A stretch of DNA of 213 bases from Escherichia coli (GTDB taxonomy: Bacteria; Pseudomonadota; Gammaproteobacteria; Enterobacterales; Enterobacteriaceae). The notes under the pieces are model-generated. The model had not been told where the DNA came from. It searched no databases and was given only the letters and a program-made list of their open reading frames with translations. Position numbers and translations under genes: made by a program. Position 1 is the stretch's first letter. Each line of letters starts with the position of its first letter. The stretch is from assembly GCF_003334405.1 (NCBI RefSeq), contig NZ_QOWM01000078.1; one strand, written 5' to 3'. This document shows, one piece after another, positions 1-213 of this stretch.

Positions 1-6
1 AGAATA

Positions 7-83
7 TGGTGCATCCGGGAGGATTCGAACCTCCGACCGCTCGGTTCGTAGCCGAGTACTCTATCCAGCTGAGCTACGGATGC
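7..83 (-). tRNA. tRNA-Arg (anticodon ACG), intact, 77 nt, CCA encoded; enterobacterial argQ/argZ/argY/argV type
   Basis: Reverse complement of 7-83 reads GCATCCGTAGCTCAGCTGGATAGAGTACTCGGCTACGAACCGAGCGGTCGGAGGTTCGAATCCTCCCGGATGCACCA. It folds as a canonical cloverleaf: acceptor GCATCCG/CGGATGC, D-stem GCTC/GAGT, anticodon stem CTCGG/CCGAG with loop CTACGAA (anticodon ACG = plus 47-49 cgt), T-stem GGAGG/CCTCC with loop TTCGAAT, discriminator A, CCA at plus 7-9. I recognise it as the E. coli-type tRNA-Arg(ACG) from memory; which paralog cannot be decided from the window. Confidence 0.93.
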
Positions 84-146
84 ATCGGGAAAACTTATTC
101 TACTGCTGATATTGATACCGCTACTAAAGCCATATCAATTAAGAGA
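84..146 (-). other. 63-bp AT-rich spacer between the 5' end of the intact tRNA and the upstream tRNA 3' fragment; probable tRNA-operon spacer or leader
   Basis: About one third G+C by hand count. No structural RNA fold or long open frame. It sits exactly between the tRNA 5' end (83) and the CCA-encoding end of the fragment (147), as a spacer between tandem tRNA genes would. Confidence 0.55.
111..139. repeat. 7-bp inverted repeat ATTGATA (111-117) / TATCAAT (133-139) with 15-nt spacing inside the spacer
   Basis: Reverse complement of 133-139 (tatcaat) equals 111-117 (attgata). There is also an adjacent TGATA-T-TGATA direct duplication at 107-117. Short arms in AT-rich DNA, so chance occurrence is plausible. 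Confidence 0.3.
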
Positions 147-165
147 TGGTGCATCCGGGAGGATT
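147..165 (-). repeat. Truncated 3'-terminal 19 nt of tRNA-Arg(ACG), a direct repeat of 7-25; candidate att core of an integration junction, or a tRNA gene remnant
   Basis: Plus 147-165 (tggtgcatccgggaggatt) is identical to plus 7-25; identity is 20 nt if the matching base just past the CCA (6 vs 146) is included. On the minus strand it encodes AATCCTCCCGGATGCACCA. Identity ends at 165/166 (a at 166 vs c at 26), inside the T-loop. Upstream on the minus strand (166 onward) there is no 5' T-stem, anticodon arm or D-arm, so this is not a second functional tRNA. Confidence 0.8.
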
Positions 166-192
166 ACTCGCCTTGCGGCTCGCCCTTCGGGC

Positions 193-208
193 CGTTGCTA
201 AAGCAACG
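193..208. repeat. Perfect 6-bp inverted repeat with 4-nt loop (cgttgc-taaa-gcaacg); potential hairpin
   Basis: 193-198 cgttgc pairs with 203-208 gcaacg around loop taaa (199-202). It is not followed by a T-tract on the plus strand or an A-tract on the minus strand, so it is not a canonical intrinsic terminator. Confidence 0.4.
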
Positions 209-213
209 TTATC

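Noticed and set aside
97-102. Sigma70 -10 element (TAGAAT on the minus strand) as a promoter for the tRNA
   Set aside because: There is no acceptable -35 hexamer at 16-18 bp spacing (the candidates read AGTAGC, GTAGCG, TAGTAG). The tRNA is more likely co-transcribed from an upstream promoter in a tandem operon. A lone near-consensus -10 in AT-rich spacer is expected by chance.
7-165. CRISPR array (two copies of a 19-20 bp repeat separated by unique sequence)
   Set aside because: There are only two copies, the repeat is simply the 3' end of a tRNA gene, the spacing of about 120 bp is far too long for a CRISPR spacer, and the repeat has no CRISPR-like internal palindrome.
182-208. Rho-independent terminator formed by the GC-rich stem (182-192) or the 193-208 hairpin
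   Set aside because: Neither hairpin is followed by a T-run on the plus strand or an A-run on the minus strand, and the stems are short (4-6 bp).
147-213. A second complete tRNA gene on the minus strand starting at the CCA-encoding end at 147
   Set aside because: Only the 3'-terminal 19 nt match. Beyond 165 there is no 5' T-stem (GGAGG), anticodon arm or D-arm, and the reverse complement of 147-213 cannot form a cloverleaf.
1-213. A protein-coding gene lying wholly within the window
   Set aside because: No start codon with a ribosome-binding site and a meaningful open frame fits in the window; the only notable open frame is the 24-codon minus-strand fragment reported as a low-interest finding.

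Overview
This 213-bp window holds one intact tRNA gene, tRNA-Arg (anticodon ACG), on the minus strand at 7-83; its sequence matches the enterobacterial tRNA-Arg(ACG) family (E. coli argQ/argZ/argY/argV type). A 63-bp AT-rich spacer (84-146) lies upstream of it in tRNA orientation. At 147-165 there is a second, same-orientation copy of only the last 19 nt of the tRNA (end of T-loop, 3' T-stem, 3' acceptor strand, discriminator, CCA). Identity stops inside the T-loop, and 166-213 is unrelated to the tRNA, GC-rich and hairpin-dense. A truncated tRNA 3'-end direct repeat of this kind is the classic signature of a tRNA-targeted site-specific integration junction, with the inserted DNA presumably running rightwards out of the window; a decayed or rearranged tandem tRNA-Arg copy is the alternative. 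No protein-coding gene can be supported in so short a window, and no complete system is visible here; the junction is the only lead.
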